Below, one piece after another: positions 62,872 to 64,000 of a stretch of 64,000 nucleotides of DNA (position 1 is the stretch's first letter; each line of letters opens with the position of its first letter). The position numbers were made by a program, and so were the translations under genes. This DNA is from an uncultured Thermoplasmatales archaeon (lineage in GTDB: Archaea > Thermoplasmatota > Penumbrarchaeia > Penumbrarchaeales > Penumbrarchaeaceae). Below the pieces are notes generated by a model, which did not search any database, was not told where the DNA came from, and was given only the letters and a program-made list of their open reading frames with translations. The stretch is from assembly GCA_963807965.1 (NCBI GenBank), contig CAWEDU010000017.1, positions 207,452 to 271,451 of the forward strand. The letters run 5' to 3'.

Positions 62872-64000
62872 TTCTGGTTTCCAGGGAGGATGCATAAAAT
62901 ATCCCTATCAGACCATCGGACAAGCTCTTGATGTGGCAGATGATGGTAATACGATAAGAATTTTCTCGGGTACCTATGCCGAGAACTGCATTGTTCCTTT
63001 AAAGATCAACCTGACCGGTAACGGAACATCATTGTCACCGGAATCCCATATTGTTCCTTCTTCTGGAATCCCGGTCAATATTACATCTGGCAATGTTGGC
63101 CTTTCTCTACTAGATATTCACACCAGCTCGTCAAATCCAGAGAGCAATATAGTAGTTGATGGCCGATATGTCACGATCAGGAACTGCACCGTGGGTGAGA
63201 CAGGTGGTTACGGAATACATTTTTTAAACACATATTCATGCATTATCGACAATTGCACCATTTTCGATTCGGTAGATGCAGGGATCTTTCTTGACAATAC
63301 CTATTTGACAACTGTCTCCTTCTGTGAAATTTTCGACAACAACGACGGTCTTTCAATGGATTCTTCCATTTATGAGACAATAACAGATTGTAAAATTCAT
63401 GACAACTCGGATTACGGTATCAATATCAGGGATTCTGATCATATTGTGATAAATGATTGTGATATCTATGACTGCATCGATTACGGTCTATATGCCGACA
63501 CCAAATCGAACGACATCGATGGCAGATTCAATTACTGGGGTGATATCACTGGACCGGGAGGATGGGGGCCAGGAAATGGGGCCGAAATATTCCATACTGT
63601 AGAATATTCACCTTGGCTGGGAAACTGGGTCGGTACAGAACCCAACCAGGAGTATTTCGTGGATTACTCAGGTTCAATCCAGGCTGCTGTGGATCACTCG
63701 ACTCCGGATGATATCATATATGTATATTATTCGGTTTACAAGGAACAAGTGGTAATTGATAAAACCCTTTCATTGTATGGGTTGGTGGAAATCCCCCCCT
63801 ATCCAATAATCTATTCAAACCAGGGTGTTGATGCTGTCCAGATCCTTGCCCAGGATGTAATAATACAGAATTTCAACATCACAACATCGGGTCTTTCCGG
63901 GAACGGTATCCTTGTGGGAATGGGCGACATAGAGGCGGATGGAACTTCTATCAAACAATGCAATGTAACAAATGTCGGAGACAATGGAATCCATGTTGAT
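62789..64000 (+). CDS. Right-handed parallel beta-helix (NosD/pectin-lyase-like) domain, 3' partial. It is probably the C-terminal extension of the C11 peptidase.
   Basis: My own translation of the +1 frame is open from 62750 to the window end. DGSxxxPYQTIGQALDVADDGNTIRIFSGTY is the classic beta-helix N-cap, followed by PbH1-type repeats (NCTI, DNSDYGINIRDSDHIVINDCDI). The first 20 aa (TDRSVWDEWLEIYTDFIYVDD) are homologous to the paralogous C11 peptidase (AREHLWDEFLHSYYGIDP). Confidence 0.6.
   Translation, partial: MIKYFTDRSVWDEWLEIYTDFIYVDDSNSGFQGGCIKYPYQTIGQALDVADDGNTIRIFSGTYAENCIVPLKINLTGNGTSLSPESHIVPSSGIPVNITSGNVGLSLLDIHTSSSNPESNIVVDGRYVTIRNCTVGETGGYGIHFLNTYSCIIDNCTIFDSVDAGIFLDNTYLTTVSFCEIFDNNDGLSMDSSIYETITDCKIHDNSDYGINIRDSDHIVINDCDIYDCIDYGLYADTKSNDIDGRFNYWGDITGPGGWGPGNGAEIFHTVEYSPWLGNWVGTEPNQEYFVDYSGSIQAAVDHSTPDDIIYVYYSVYKEQVVIDKTLSLYGLVEIPPYPIIYSNQGVDAVQILAQDVIIQNFNITTSGLSGNGILVGMGDIEADGTSIKQCNVTNVGDNGIHVD

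Overview
This window is archaeal. A complete 16S rRNA gene (53170..54647, + strand) begins with ATTCCGGTTGATCC and ends with GGATCACCTCCT. It is not followed by tRNA-Ala or 23S within the remaining 9.3 kb; a protein-coding gene on the opposite strand starts only 365 bp downstream. The rRNA genes are therefore unlinked, as in Thermoplasmata-like archaea. GC content is roughly 43% and the lineage call is tentative.

The window is dominated by a cell-surface accessory island. It holds very large secreted or single-pass membrane proteins built from parallel beta-helix (PbH1), Ig-like (DxAGN motif), FN3, PKD, LamG and Gly-rich modules. These proteins are extremely rich in N-glycosylation sequons. 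Two clostripain-like (C11) cysteine peptidases sit in the same island. Two of the giant membrane proteins carry unusual cytoplasmic tails: a canonical DnaJ J-domain with the HPD motif (5862..8129), and a C4HC3 zinc-finger-like tail (40805..45279).

Housekeeping and accessory genes are interspersed:
- small heat-shock protein Hsp20, with a palindromic operator-like promoter
- an MBL-fold hydrolase, endonuclease III, and a CoA-disulfide-reductase-like flavoprotein with a rhodanese domain
- a carotenoid cluster (crtI, crtB, a DUF422-type membrane protein, crtYcd-type lycopene cyclase) next to a class II CPD photolyase and a YbgA-like DUF523/DUF1722 gene
- two phosphate-uptake modules (PhoU-like plus Na/Pi cotransporter; DUF47 plus PiT)
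- SRP54, an NfeD/flotillin operon, the PepD dipeptidase, thymidylate kinase
- two toxin-antitoxin pairs (UPF0175/DUF3368 and MNT/HEPN)
- a fused ADP-forming acetyl-CoA synthetase, a SAP/DUF835 protein, an orphan ABC ATPase, and a nitronate-monooxygenase-like flavoenzyme

Many genes are interrupted by single-base frameshifts. These include crtI (twice), crtYcd, photolyase, PiT, flotillin, the acetyl-CoA synthetase, the start of SRP54, the start of the CoA-disulfide reductase, a VOC/HPPD-like gene, the giant surface genes, and the fusion of the second C11 peptidase to a beta-helix domain. Where the lesions could be resolved they fall at short G or A homopolymers. This pattern indicates assembly indel errors more than true pseudogenisation. 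The ORF track therefore under-represents the real genes; I report merged spans with notes. One region (3555..5860) looks like a genuinely decayed beta-helix paralog. No CRISPR array, tRNA, 23S or 5S gene was found.
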